The notes below the pieces were generated by a model. The model did no database searches, was not told the DNA's origin, and saw only the letters and a list, made by a program, of their open reading frames with translations. From Octopus bimaculoides (Eukaryota), in assembly GCF_001194135.2 (NCBI RefSeq), contig NC_068986.1, positions 41,198,661 through 41,262,660 on the forward strand: 64,000 bases of DNA, written 5' to 3'. Of this stretch, positions 1 to 12,045 are shown piece after piece; within the stretch, counting starts at the first letter, position 1, and the number at the start of each line of letters is the position of its first letter. Made by a program: the position numbers and the translations under genes.

Positions 1-44
<44 letters not shown>

Positions 45-252
45 TGTGTCTGTGTTTGTCCCTCCACCATCGCTTGACAACCGATGCTGGTGTGTTTACG
101 CCCCCATAACTTAGCGGTTCAGCATAAGAGACCGATAGAATAAGTACTAGGCTTACAAAGAATAAGTCCTGGGGTTGATTTTCTTGACTAAAGGAGGTGC
201 TCCAGCATGGCCGCAGTCAAATGACTGAAACAAGTGAAAGAGTAAAAGAGTA
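1..252 (+). mobile_element. tRNA-derived SINE family A, 3' half (preceded by its internal (TG)n tract)
   Basis: Matches the 3' module (cttgacaaccgatgctggtgtgtttac...gactgaaacaagt-aaagag tail) of the fuller copies at 18965, 28490 and 38750. Confidence 0.85.
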
Positions 253-648
253 TACCTTTTATTCAGACATGATACATCTATGACTCCATCATCTAATGTT
301 ACTTTTAATAGCTTACAACATGATTTTAAATGAGATTTCTCTGCTATTTCTAGCAGGCCAAATGACTGAGCTAAGTATAGTTATGCCCTTACATATATAT
401 AAATAGATAAATATGATTTAGGAAAAAAACGATACATTCTTTCCTATGGATTTTTTTCATGATAACTACTTGATAAATTCTTATATAAGAGTTTATCCTA
501 TTAATGTATATATATATATATATATATATCATAAATATAAGGGATTAGCAATTGAGTTGCTTCTCCAACATACTGAAAATTCAGAAACAGCAGTCAAATT
601 GTTAATTGTTAATTCTATTATTAATTGACGATTCCCTGCCCTCATTTC

Positions 649-679
<31 letters not shown>

Positions 680-1129
680 AAGAGAAATCTTCAGAGGAAG
701 ATACTCCTATCAAGTAAGTGTTTCAGCCTGTTAGTTCCTAAGAAAGCTGGGCCTACTTTGGTCATGACTCCTAGGTGACCTCTGGTTATTGTTGAAATGC
801 TACTTTTATTGATGATTGAACCCAAAACCTTTGGGTGATCTTTTTTTCCCCTAAACTGTGGTTGTGGGGTGCTCTGAACAAGAACTGACTTGGACCATAA
901 TCAATCTGTCTAACCCGTGCAAGCAAGGACAGGCAGATGTAAAATGATGATAATGATGAAGATTATATATTTTGTATATTTATTTACAAAGTATTTTGTT
1001 TCTTTATAGTTATTGACCCTATGATAAAAATAAGAAGTATATGTAAAATAAAAAAATAAAAAAATTATTGGTACTGATGTTTGGCTTTATAGCTGTTACA
1101 CATGAAAATGAGCATGTTGTTGTGTATTA

Positions 1130-1520
1130 AACCAATACTTGTTTCGACCAATGAATCAATGAAATGTGGCTATCTTGATCTTTAAGCTCATTTAAAGGAA
1201 AAGAGATGTTGCATTCATGTAAATTCAAAATGGAAATGTTTTAAATCACTAAAAGAGGCATTTGAAATAGATCAACAATCAAAGCAGTACTGGAAAAAAA
1301 AAATCAATCGTTAAACCAACAATATCAATGTATCAGCTTTGCATAAAACAGTTTTAGAGAGGGATGACAGTGACTTCGAAGTCATGGCACTGAGTAACAA
1401 TACTGTTTGCAGTAGAATAGGTGAAGTGAGTTGAGAGGGGGAAGAATGAGATGGTTGGACATGGACATTTGGATTGGATGTTGCTGATTTGGCATGGTTG
1501 ACTGGATATTCAACCTGTTT
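1130..1520 (+). pseudogene. Decayed hAT (Charlie/Buster-like) transposase fragment
   Basis: Hand translation gives NESMK (aatgaatcaatgaaa) and LSNNTVCSRIGEVS (ctgagtaacaatactgtt...), matching the recalled LSNESMKP and LSNNTVxRRI motifs of Charlie/Buster transposases. Contains stops and frameshifts. Confidence 0.6.
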
Positions 1521-1537
1521 TGGTACTGGAGGCACAG

Positions 1538-1539
<2 letters not shown>

Positions 1540-1568
<29 letters not shown>

Positions 1569-1760
1569 CACACATGTATGTGTGTGCAGAAATATGCATA
1601 CAGATAGAGGGAGAAAGATGAAGAGAAGGAGAGAGGGATAGAGAGAGGGATAGAGAAAGGGAGTGAAATAGAGAGAGGGAGAGAGATAGAGAGAGAAAGA
1701 TTGATAGAGAGAGGGAGAAAGATAAAGAGAGGGAGAGAGATAAAGAGGGAGAGAGAAGTA
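1540..1760. repeat. Compound (CA)n / (GA)-rich microsatellite
   Basis: Directly visible; source of ORFs 1311-1808 and 1382-1573. Confidence 0.95.
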
Positions 1761-1989
1761 AAAATATAGATTACAATTTATTACATTTATTACTTGAACT
1801 CCATACACTTAAAGAGAAATGTGCTCACACTCACAAGCAGTGAGAGGGAATGTATGAGTGTGTGTGTAAGAAAGAGAGAGTGAGAGAGAAGGATAGATAG
1901 AGAAGGAGAGAGAGAAAGAGAAAAGGCGAGGGAGTAAACAAGAGAGACATTATAATGTCTGATGTCAAATATGTTATCATCAAATCAGC

Positions 1990-2290
1990 AATATCAGATA
2001 GGTGGCACCAAAACAACTGTGCCAAAAAGTCTCATACCCAAGATGGTGAAGCACAGCTAATTCAAAAGTTATTAAAATTCATGTAAATTCACAATACATA
2101 TGAAAGAATGAACTAGAAGAAACATTGTGGTGCTCTTTTGGCATATGTGAGATAAACTGATCATGAAGCTGTTGTCTTTCAAATCATTAGAAAACACCAC
2201 AACTGCCAATGTCGCAAGCTATCAGAATGAAAATAAAATTCATTGAATGCTCGAAATGAGGAGCAGATAGACAGCTGACAACTGATGAAG
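1990..2290 (+). pseudogene. Second decayed hAT (Charlie/Buster-like) transposase fragment
   Basis: Translates across frameshifts to DGEAQLIQKL...ALLAYVR*...KLLSFKSLENTTTA, matching the region around the first catalytic Asp (LLAYVRY / EELLFCxxLETTTT). Confidence 0.6.
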
Positions 2291-2418
2291 GGTCCTTTCT
2301 CTGTTTACTTGTCCTGTTTTCCATTTTTTTTCTCGTTGTTTATGTATTTCATGTTATTTACACTGTTGGTGATGTTCTGTACCCATATGTGCATATATGT
2401 ATATATATATATATATAT

Positions 2419-2588
2419 NNNNNNNNNNNNNNNNNNNNNNNNNNNNNNNNNNNNNNNNNNNNNNNNNNNNNNNNNNNNNNNNNNNNNNNNNNNNNNNNNN
2501 NNNNNNNNNNNNNNNNNNNNNNNNNNNNNNNNNNNNNNNNNNNNNNNNNNNNNNNNNNNNNNNNNNNNNNNNNNNNNNNNNNNNNNNN
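2419..2588. other. Assembly gap between (AT)n and (AG)n
   Basis: Run of N. Confidence 1.
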
Positions 2589-2648
<60 letters not shown>

Positions 2649-2651
2649 TAG

Positions 2652-2868
2652 ACTTCAGTTTATGTCAACCAAATTCACTCACAAGGCATTTGTGGGTCTG
2701 CGATATCCATCTTACAACAGTGCAAAGCAGTGATCTTATATGGGCAGTAGTTTATACTCACAACAGTTTACAGATACATTTAACATTAGCCCAAAGTGCC
2801 ATGTAGTGGGGCTGAACCCAAGATCATATGGTTGGGAAGCAAGCTTCTTAACTGCACAGGCATGCCAA
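2652..2868 (-). mobile_element. SINE family A, tRNA-like head and central domain, with small internal insertion
   Basis: Reverse complement matches the head (ggcatgcctgtgcagttaagaagcttgcttcccaacc...gggttcagcccc) and ...ccttgtgagtgaatttgg of family A. Confidence 0.75.
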
Positions 2869-2999
2869 TATTAATAGGAAACACTGTATCTTGTACTCCA
2901 GGTGCTTCTTCTCTTGTACTGGACCAGAGAAATGGTTTTCAAATTTGTTACAGGGAAACAATCAAGAAATGATGCTTGCACACTATTATTTGCTATAAA

Positions 3000-3030
<31 letters not shown>

Positions 3031-3569
3031 TACAACGCACATCTTCATCTGTTGTTCTAAAAGAAATATTAAATTCAGCAATAAAATGCATCCACACTAT
3101 TAATGGCTAATGTTAAATGTGTCTGCAAACAGTTGTGAAGATAAACTACTGCCCATATAAGATTACTGCTTTGCACTGATGTAAGATGGTTATCACAGAA
3201 CAATTGCCAGAAATGATTCATGAAGCTATTTTATATTCTTGAGATTCTTGTTAACAGTTGATGACAAAAATTTTGTAATTTATTTAGTAGGTAGTAGATA
3301 TCTTTGAAAACTTAAATAATATTAAATGAATTGGAGAAGCAAATATGACTCTCAGTGATTGAAAGACAAAATACTTTTGCTTCATTACATTTCTGGAATT
3401 ATGTCAAAAGATATTTCTATAAGAAAATACAACTAGTTTTATTGGTTGGTTAAGTGTAAGGTATCTAACATGATGTTTTGCATGTCATTTTAGCTTATTT
3501 GAAAATACTGGCTTGTGATTTACAGTACAAATTTTATGATTTAAAAGAAATGAGATTGGTGTAATTGAA

Positions 3570-4040
3570 CCATACTCGATGACTGGTCACCGCGCCAGTG
3601 GAGCACTAACAGCACTGTTGAGCGTGTTCATTGCCAGAGCAGCTGTCTGGCTTCCATGCTAGTGGCCCATAAATAGCACCATTAGAGCGTAATCGTCACC
3701 AGCGTTGCCTTCTAGCACTTGTGCTGGTGGCACATTAGAAAATCATTCAAGCGAGGTCGTTGCCAGTGCCGCTGGACTGGCTCCCATGCAGGTGACACAT
3801 AAAAAACACCTTTTTGAGCGTGGCCGTTGCCAGTACCATGTGACTAGCCCTCGTGCTGGTGGCTAGTAAAAGCATCCACTACACTCTCAGAGTGGTTGGC
3901 GTTAGGAAGGGCATCCAGCTGTAGAAACTCTGCCAGATCAGATTGGAGCCTGGTGTAGCCATCTGGTTTCACCAGTCCTCAGTCAAATCGTCCAACCCAT
4001 GCTAGCATGGAAAGCGGACATTAAACGATGATGATGATGA
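3570..4040 (+). mobile_element. Retroposon family C with internal ~65-nt tandem units and (GAT)n tail
   Basis: Near-identical 3' part at 35550-35718 (gttggcgttaggaagggcatccagctgtagaaac...gcatggaaagcggacattaaacgatgatgat). The simple-repeat tail is typical of non-LTR retroposons. Confidence 0.8.
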
Positions 4041-4047
4041 GATTGGT

Positions 4048-4800
4048 GCAAGTATGGCTGTGTGGTTAAGAAGTTTGCTTCCTGACTACATGATTTAGGT
4101 CCAATCTTACATGTGACACCTTGGACAAGTGCCTTCTACTCTGTGGTGTAGCTAATTGAGGAGTAAGAGGAGCGACCCCTTCCCCTGAGCACATTTTTCA
4201 AAGCTGGTGCCTTTCCTACAATTCTTTAAACTCTTTAGTTCACTTGTGGGATAAAATTTGAATATCATTTTTTATCATTTTTTTTTTTGCCTTGAAAGAA
4301 TTTTCAGGAGTCATGGTTTTGGAAGAACTTTCTGGAGTCATTACTGTATTTGACCAATCCTCCATACTTTTGAACTGTCTGCTCAATCTTCTGTAATTAC
4401 AGGACATTTTGAAAACCAAAACAAACACTGACGTCATAACCTCTCAACACTGGGCGATCCTATAAAGTTTCGTTTTTTTTCACATCACACCTATATCAGT
4501 AGTTTTAAGTTTCATACATAATGACATTGTTACTGAAACATGATATTAATGAATGTAGAATACAATTACACAAATGTAGAATACAATTATAGCTAATGAA
4601 ATATTTTGTGCAATATCAGAGAAATGAGTTAATAATTGTTTGGTAAGCGTCACAACACCTTTTTAATGTGATAATTTCCCCTAATTTTATAACCTGGCTG
4701 TGCCTCTGCTTCTGCTATATAGCCTCAGGGCAACCAAAGCCTGGTGAATGGATTTGGTAGACAGAAACTAAAAGAAGCCTGTTTTGCATCTGTATGCATA
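4048..4800 (+). mobile_element. SINE family A head split by a hAT-type insertion
   Basis: 4048-4140 (head, ending ...caagtgccttctact) continues at 4717 (atatagcctcagggcaaccaaagcc...ggatttggtagacagaaac), restoring the family consensus. Confidence 0.75.
4141..4708. mobile_element. Non-autonomous hAT-type DNA transposon
   Basis: 8-bp TSD cttctact (4133-4140) / cttctgct (4709-4716). Imperfect TIRs ctgtggtgtagcta / (rc) cagaggcacagcca. An 8-bp TSD is the hAT hallmark. Confidence 0.7.
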
Positions 4801-4879
4801 TGTATATGTATGTAAGCATATGCATTCTTGTGTCTTATCTTAATATCATGTGATTGCTGTCAATGAATGTCATTCATTT

Positions 4880-5030
4880 CCAATATTCAGCAAAAATATG
4901 TCTGGCTATAGGGAAATATTACCTTGTTTGGAAACAGGTGACGTTGACAAGAGGAAGGGTATCTGATTGCCTCAATAAACTCCAACCAACCCATGCAAGT
5001 ATGGAAAAGTGTATGTTAAGATGGTGATAA
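4880..5030 (+). mobile_element. Repeat family D (shares the C-type 3' tail)
   Basis: gggaaatattaccttgtttggaaacag...aacccatgcaagtatggaaaagt; reverse-orientation copy at 25430-25600. Confidence 0.6.
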
Positions 5031-5150
5031 TAATGATGATGATGATGATGGTGATGATGGTGGTAATAGGGATGATGATGGCAGTGATGATGATAATGTT
5101 GATGATAATGATGATGATGATGATGAGGAGGAGGAGGAGGAGGATGAAAA
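5030..5150. repeat. (GAT/GGT/GAG)n trinucleotide tract
   Basis: Directly visible; explains the poly-His and poly-Ile ORFs. Confidence 0.95.
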
Positions 5151-5204
5151 TAACCATAGTTATTGCTAGAGGATCTATGTGAAGATGGTTTAAAATACCA
5201 AAAA

Positions 5205-5470
5205 AATTTCAAAATGCAGAAAAGTTTATTGCAACTGTATTCAAAGTAAAAGGAACTATGATGTGACTCTGTGATGAGTACAAGACAATAAAACCCACAT
5301 TTAACTTGTTTGGTAAGAAAGTTGCAATCATTATTTTCATCTTCATATCTGGTGAAATGTGGTTTAAATATAAGTAACTCCAGATAAAATGGAAACTAAT
5401 TGGATATTAGAAAATGAGGAGATTTTGACTGTAACTTAAGCTGGTACTCAAGTTAAAAGCATCTCTAATA
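5205..5470 (+). pseudogene. Possible decayed DNA-transposase C-terminus (Academ-like)
   Basis: Hand translation QNAEKFIATVFKVKG...CDEY...HLHIW...ETNWILENEE loosely resembles recalled AEKFVC..CDE..LPPT..GW motifs. Heavily degraded. Confidence 0.25.
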
Positions 5471-6023
5471 AACACCAAGCTTATGGACCTTACTAACTTG
5501 GGAATTTTCAAACTGAGTACATGTACCCCTAGACATATGTAAGGTTTGTAAAAATGCTGTGGCTGTGTTGGTAAGACATTTCATTTAACTTTTAAAATAC
5601 ACTCGGGTACCACATTATCTCACATGATTGTCTGTTGTTTCAGAAGGAGTTTCTTATCTTGACAACTGGCAACAACAACAATAATATCAGCATGAGGGCA
5701 ATGTCTGTAGCTACATATATTATATATCAACACACTGGCACACATGTATGTGGGAGAAGCATGTGTAGTTTTTATGGCTCAAGTCAAGGGTGCAAGGAGT
5801 GAAGTGCCCATGAACCTGGTAATCCTTTAACTAACTGTAATCATACAATACTTCCTCCCACCTCACTCCTTCATCCTATCATCTCATTTCCATTCTTACA
5901 TTCAGAGGAATATGACAACAATTTTTTGCTCTAATAAAACATTTCTTTACTGGTACTGTTTCTTTTACTACATTGTTGGAAATTGTTGATTGCCACTATT
6001 ATTGAATTTACCTACAATTCAAG

Positions 6024-7265
6024 ATGTTTTGAAAGAAGCTATGAAGTAGTAATGAAGGTAGTACTGTGAAAAGGAACCTTAAAAAGAGTACACTGGATAT
6101 TAAACTTCATAATTTAAAAAGATTTGGTTCACACGTTGCTTAAACACTAAAGGTTACAACATCTACATTGAAAACAATGCATGACAATGGTGAGAAAATT
6201 AAGCAAAGTTTTCAAAAAAGCTACTCCATTAGCTGTTCAGACCTTATTTTTGCATAGATTTAATGTGATGTTTAAAATGGGATGCCTCTTGAACCTATGG
6301 ATTGAGGATCAAACTTGATGTAATGTGCTGATCAGTACAATGTTAATTCTAAAAAGCCAAGTGCTTATATAATGATTTGAAACTAAAAAATGAAACTTCT
6401 AATGAAAATCCTTTCATAGTTAGTAAACATTAGTGAAGCTGCCAGTGCTTCCACAGAGTCTACTGCTAATTATCCTGAGCAGCTGATAAAAATGATTGCT
6501 AAAGAGAACTAGATTCCAGAGCAAGTATACAATGTTGATGGATCTGCACTTTTCTGGAAGACCATGCCTATTAAAACTTTTATTTCTTGAGAAGAAGAAT
6601 CAACACTAGGATTTAATCTAGAATTCAGATTATTCTGTCAAATATAATGTTTATTTATTCACATTGTTTCGAATTACTCCTGAAGCTTTGAGATTTCAAT
6701 GAGGTGCTTGCTTATTTTTAAAATGACATTGTAGGGTGGGTGTGATAGCCAGATATGGTCAGTTCAAACATAAAACAACTACAATATTTGGACCAGATAT
6801 GGTCAGTTAGAATGTTAAAAGGTTAAAGCTCCCAAAAATTATCTGGTGCTTCTCTGGGAGAAAATACTGGTGGTGACATGAAATTGAAGTCCCTTATCAT
6901 GTATCTCTTTGAAAATCCAAGGCCTTTGAAAGGTTATGCAAAATTTAATTTACTTCTGATTTGACTAAGCGTTTTTGAAGAGTTGGTGTACAAACATTTT
7001 TTTTTTTTTGTCCTGATGTTAGAACAAGAGCAAGCTGAGACTACAGCTGAGATTATGGAAATCATATTCAAATTGACAGCAAAGAACTTTGTTGAAGGTT
7101 TGCCATTTATAAAAGAGGAAGGTCTGCAAATTTTTCCTGACAACCTTAATCGTGAATGTAACATAAAAATTACACGAGGAGTTTGCAAATGAGCTCACTT
7201 TCTATGCTGAGCTGTACTAAGAGATGCCACACCTCAAACATCAAACAATTTTTGATAAATTCTTT
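6024..7265 (+). pseudogene. Decayed, internally deleted Tigger/pogo-type transposase
   Basis: Hand translation shows KKSTLDIKL (HTH), LNLWIEDQ, EAASAS..YPEQL..PEQVYNVDGSALFWKTMP.KTFIS.EE..GF|KAPK, GDMKLKSL..ENPRPLKGY and C-terminal ..DKFF. These are motifs of Tigger1/TIGD-type DDE transposases. Multiple stops. Confidence 0.8.
6617..6822 (+). mobile_element. piggyBac-like MITE family 1 inserted in the Tigger relic
   Basis: TTAA at 6613-6616 and 6823-6826. Removing the insert restores GGA TTT AAA GCT (GFKA). Homologous to 30100-30306 and 46278-46497. Confidence 0.75.
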
Positions 7266-7478
7266 GCCCCTCAAGTAAATTTCGATGAAAATAAACTATA
7301 AGATAGAAGATAGTGTACCTCACCCTTGTAGTAACTATCATTCCACTACCACCTTTCGCAGTAGCTAACATCTTTTGGGGGTAAAAATGTACCCTAATGC
7401 AATACCATGAGTCTTATTCCCTAATGTATTTCTCTTCAAATGTTCTTATGTATAAATTTGTACAATGTATTATTTTAT

Positions 7479-7700
7479 TCTTTTACTTGTTTCAGTCATT
7501 TGACTGCCACCATGCTGGAGCACCACCTTGAAAGGTTTTAGTCAAACAATCGTTGCCAGGACTTATTTTTTAAGCCTAGTTCTTATTCTATCTGTCCCTC
7601 TTGTTGAACTGCTAAGTTACAGAGATGCAAACACACCAACACTGGTTGTTAAGTGGTGGTGGTGGTGGTGAAACAAACACAGATACAATGACACACACAC
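7479..7700 (-). mobile_element. SINE family A, 3' half
   Basis: ttcttttacttgtttcagtcatttgac...ctaagttac...ggttgttaag is the reverse complement of the family A 3' module. Confidence 0.8.
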
Positions 7701-8516
7701 AAATATATACATCTCTCTTTATATATATATTATTTAGTTAGCAAAGCCTTCTTATATTTTTGAAAACTATACAATACTCTATCGATTTTTTTAGAAGACA
7801 AAAGAAAAAAGTAAAAACAACTTCCTTATCTGCTAATAATCGTGTAGCATAACTAAAATTTAATTCGGAAAGGTTTAGTCATATAGTTTGAGAGTGTGTA
7901 TGTTTTACTGTATTTCATTAAAATTGAATTACATATACAGGTTTCACCACGTCTCGTGGTAACAAAAGGGATATTGTTCTCCTAAATATGATAAGCTCTA
8001 AATGAAAGTCTCGATCAGATGTAATTTATATTCTATATATATACACTTAGATTTTATTGGCAACAGCTGCCAGTCTTTTTCTCTTTAGCTAACTTACACA
8101 CACACACACACACACAGATATATATATATATATATTTCACTTAGTGACAGAACGCTCACATACAAGCATATGGCACACATATTTGCATATATATTTACAT
8201 ATATATGTGCACGTGAGTGTTGCATTTGTTTGCGTTTCGATTCCTAATTTTATTTCAGTTATCTACACGAAACAACAGAACGCACCTGATTTTTTTGTTG
8301 TCATATGTAATTCGGCCCAATTTATATCACTAAGCATATTAAGAAAAAAAAAATCGTTTCGTACGTATTTATAAATCCATGTTCTATCTCATAATTCACA
8401 GTAATTAAAGTGGATGAACGAATGATGTTTATCACGGTAGGCCTTCTTGAAAAAAAAAATATATATAAAACAGTAAACAAAGCCAAACACACACACACGT
8501 GCAGATTGAAGAAAAG

Positions 8517-8549
<33 letters not shown>

Positions 8550-9492
8550 GATAGATAGATAGATAGATAGATATGGGAGAGTATGTTAGGCTGCACTTAA
8601 ACATGAATTTAATAAGTAGTTAAACAAAAACAACAGAAAGGAAATAGTAGCAAGGTCACCGAAGAGAGAGAGAGAGAGTGTGTGTGTGTGTGTATTTCTC
8701 CAATGTAACTAACCATCATTGGTAAGTTGACCTGCAAATTGTTAAAACAATGAAGTTATATATGTAGAACGAGGAATGTTGGTGCCACATCCCACTGCTC
8801 TGGTCAAATGGTCATTAACATCGATGGCTCTCGAGCTGGCTCTATAAATAGTCTCAGCTTCATCATATGATATTACCATTCAGCTGAAGTGTAGATGGCA
8901 CTATCACCACTAACTACTATCACCACCACCACCACCACTAAGCCAGCCAGTAATACACGCTTCCGTCTACACCGACCCTACTGCGTATAGTAGTTTGTAG
9001 CAACAATAACAACAGCAGCAGCTGTTTAGATAGAAAGATTCGGCTTCAGGAGTTTGGTGTTGTGTTGTGTGGGGTTTGAATGGAATACAGTACCGTGATA
9101 ACCAAACCTACAGCTGCTACTTAACCGTAAAACGCATCTATGTTTCACCATAACTCATAAATAAGAAAACATATTCACACACACACAAGCGTGTATGTTA
9201 ATGTACGTATTGCGAATGTGCGTAAATCGACTACTTCTTAGTAATTATAAATTAAAAATTATATAAATATATATTCTATACAAATAGTTGCGAGTGGAAT
9301 GCAATCGTTTTCATGTCTATAGCAAGCCAATTAATACAAGGATGTATTTAATGTTCCAACAGTGTTAACTGATGGCGCTATTCGCTTGGAAAAAGTCCAT
9401 ATTTCTGCTGACAACCGAAATAGGATGGCTCTTCTGTTGTAGTCTAGCTTCAAGCACCGTCTGTCTTTCTCGATAATACACACTCATATATA

Positions 9493-9541
<49 letters not shown>

Positions 9542-9568
9542 AATGTAAATGTGTGTGTTTGTTTTTAG

Positions 9569-9972
9569 AGCTGTGACCGACTCGCCGAGACTTCAATTAG
9601 TGTAAACTACTACTACTGCTGCTTGATTCACCACCGATCATTTTCTAAGTATTGTGCGTGTGTGTATGTGTTGGCTGAATGTTTATTATACGTATGTATA
9701 TGTCTTCTTTATTACTGTGTCTCGCCTATTGTCATAGCCGGGTGTGGCCGTCATACGGACGGGTGGACGGACGGACGACGGTCAGTCAGCAAACCACTAA
9801 GCAATTGTTACCTCTATTTTGTCCTGGATGTTACACTTAAGGAAAGAAAAAGAGACCGTCTCCCAAACGAACAGAAGAGATACAACAGAAAAAGCCTCTA
9901 TCTGTTCTAAAACCAGGCTAAAGAGCTTATTACTTCTACCAAGAAGAAAACAGCTGCTACAGTTTACTTAAA
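9569..9972 (+). other. Candidate 5' UTR part of the first coding exon
   Basis: Possible acceptor gtttttag at 9561-9568 and possible upstream donor GTAAGT at 8722. Unique CpG-rich sequence running into the ATG at 9973. Confidence 0.3.
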
Positions 9973-10009
9973 ATGGATGAAAATAATTTAATCGTTATTG
10001 GATCTGATG
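9973..10009 (+). CDS. Candidate first coding exon of an unidentified gene (MDENNLIVIGSD+G, phase 1)
   Basis: ATG in strong context aaaATGG, open frame to a strong donor G|GTAAGG at 10010. No downstream exon confidently identified in the window; protein not recognised. Confidence 0.45.
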
Positions 10010-10724
10010 GTAAGGCTTTTTATTTACGCATTTATCAAATTCAAAGGCCAATATCAATCCTGGATGTGATTCTTTATATATTTTTCTTTTCATATAGAAT
10101 TTTCTTTCAGTTTTGTCAAAGTTGTTTTTCAATGAAATTCAAGCTGAGTTTCTGGGAATTAAAATATACGTATTTCTCGCACAGAAAAAATACTTGTCCG
10201 CATTATAGAAAAAAAAAACTATTTTTATTTCTAATCTTTGTTTTTATATCCATATTTTTATATATTGAGATTTACTTCCATATGTATTACTTATGCAGAC
10301 TTAAAGGAATCTTAGATATGTTTTTCTGTGCGTGTGTCCCTGATCTGTGTGTGTGCTTGTTATCTATATGGGTTGTGTTATGTATTTATTTCAATCATGG
10401 ATGTTATTTTTTTTCCTTTTATATCCTAAATTTGCAATTTTCTTTTAATTTAGTCGAAATTGTCTTTCCTCTGTGAAATCTATACGCATTGCGTGTGTGC
10501 GTTTAATTGCGTTTGCGTGTATGTGTCTGGCGTGCCTGTGTATACCTAATCTTATAATTGTCTGAACTGAATCCAATGTATTTGTAACTTTTAAATGTGT
10601 GTGTATATATATATATATATGTCTGTTTAATATGTGCACAATTTCTGTAATAAGAATTTTCAAGCGTTTACTTCGGCTCTGTGTATGTGAGAATCCTGTC
10701 TGGACTAGCTCTGTGCGTGTGTAT

Positions 10725-10771
<47 letters not shown>

Positions 10772-11516
10772 NNNNNNNNNNNNNNNNNNNNNNNNNNNNN
10801 NNNNNNNNNNNNNNNNNNNNNNNNNNNNNNNNNNNNNNNNNNNNNNNNNNNNNNNNNNNNNNNNNNNNNNNNNNNNNNNNNNNNNNNNNNNNNNNNNNNN
10901 NNNNNNNNNNNNNNNNNNNNNNNNNNNNNNNNNNNNNNNNNNNNNNNNNNNNNNNNNNNNNNNNNNNNNNNNNNNNNNNNNNNNNNNNNNNNNNNNNNNN
11001 NNNNNNNNNNNNNNNNNNNNNNNNNNNNNNNNNNNNNNNNNNNNNNNNNNNNNNNNNNNNNNNNNNNNNNNNNNNNNNNNNNNNNNNNNNNNNNNNNNNN
11101 NNNNNNNNNNNNNNNNNNNNNNNNNNNNNNNNNNNNNNNNNNNNNNNNNNNNNNNNNNNNNNNNNNNNNNNNNNNNNNNNNNNNNNNNNNNNNNNNNNNN
11201 NNNNNNNNNNNNNNNNNNNNNNNNNNNNNNNNNNNNNNNNNNNNNNNNNNNNNNNNNNNNNNNNNNNNNNNNNNNNNNNNNNNNNNNNNNNNNNNNNNNN
11301 NNNNNNNNNNNNNNNNNNNNNNNNNNNNNNNNNNNNNNNNNNNNNNNNNNNNNNNNNNNNNNNNNNNNNNNNNNNNNNNNNNNNNNNNNNNNNNNNNNNN
11401 NNNNNNNNNNNNNNNNNNNNNNNNNNNNNNNNNNNNNNNNNNNNNNNNNNNNNNNNNNNNNNNNNNNNNNNNNNNNNNNNNNNNNNNNNNNNNNNNNNNN
11501 NNNNNNNNNNNNNNNN
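10772..11516. other. Assembly gap within (AT)n
   Basis: Run of N; generates several spurious 280-385 aa ORFs. Confidence 1.
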
Positions 11517-11581
<65 letters not shown>

Positions 11582-11819
11582 ACACGCGCACGTACCTGGC
11601 ATGAGAACTAATATTTTTCTTCATCACTATGCGCGCATAAATAAAGAAAAATGAGTAATTATTTCGGTAAATGCATGAAAAAAGAAGCCCTACTTTTCTT
11701 TTTTTCATTTTTGGAGCATACATAAATTAACCTGTATCACGATGACTGTGTATGGAACTAGGTTGTTTCGGCTTGGATGTTGTTGACTAATCTGGCTGTC
11801 CACCTCAAACAGCCTATAA

Positions 11820-12045
11820 TTATCACGAGCCAACAAGGGAGCCTCTACCTGGTCGTTCGACTTGCTAAAAATAGCAGTAAAATTTCCTTTAGATCTTAGC
11901 TTCATATCTTAAAGAAGCTGGTATCTAAAACTGACATTGTATTAGATGTATTATGCTCGAATAAAAGACTAGACGTAGCGCATTTGATAATAAATCTACT
12001 TAAGGATGACCTGTGGTTAAAACAACAACAACAACAACAACATTA
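11820..12045 (+). mobile_element. Retroposon family F with (AAC)n tail
   Basis: tggtcgttcgacttgctaaaaatagcag...gacctgtggttaaaacaacaacaac; homologous to 16870, 22480, 15000 (-), 29050 (-) and 39690 (-). Confidence 0.65.

Noticed and set aside
3575-3890. Regularly spaced hairpin-bearing repeats resembling a CRISPR array
   Set aside because: Units are contiguous and diverged with no unique spacers, they lie inside a eukaryotic retroposon, and there are no cas genes.
4919-5212. Poly-Pro/poly-His ORF (97 aa)
   Set aside because: Antisense reading of a (GAT/GGT/GAG)n tract plus the tail of a repeat; no splice or domain support.
8750-8880. Short open frames on both strands in unique CpG-rich sequence
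   Set aside because: Under 50 codons, no recognisable domain and no consistent splice pair.
10445-11723. Five 284-385 aa ORFs
   Set aside because: They exist only because N-gap and (AT)n codons lack stops.
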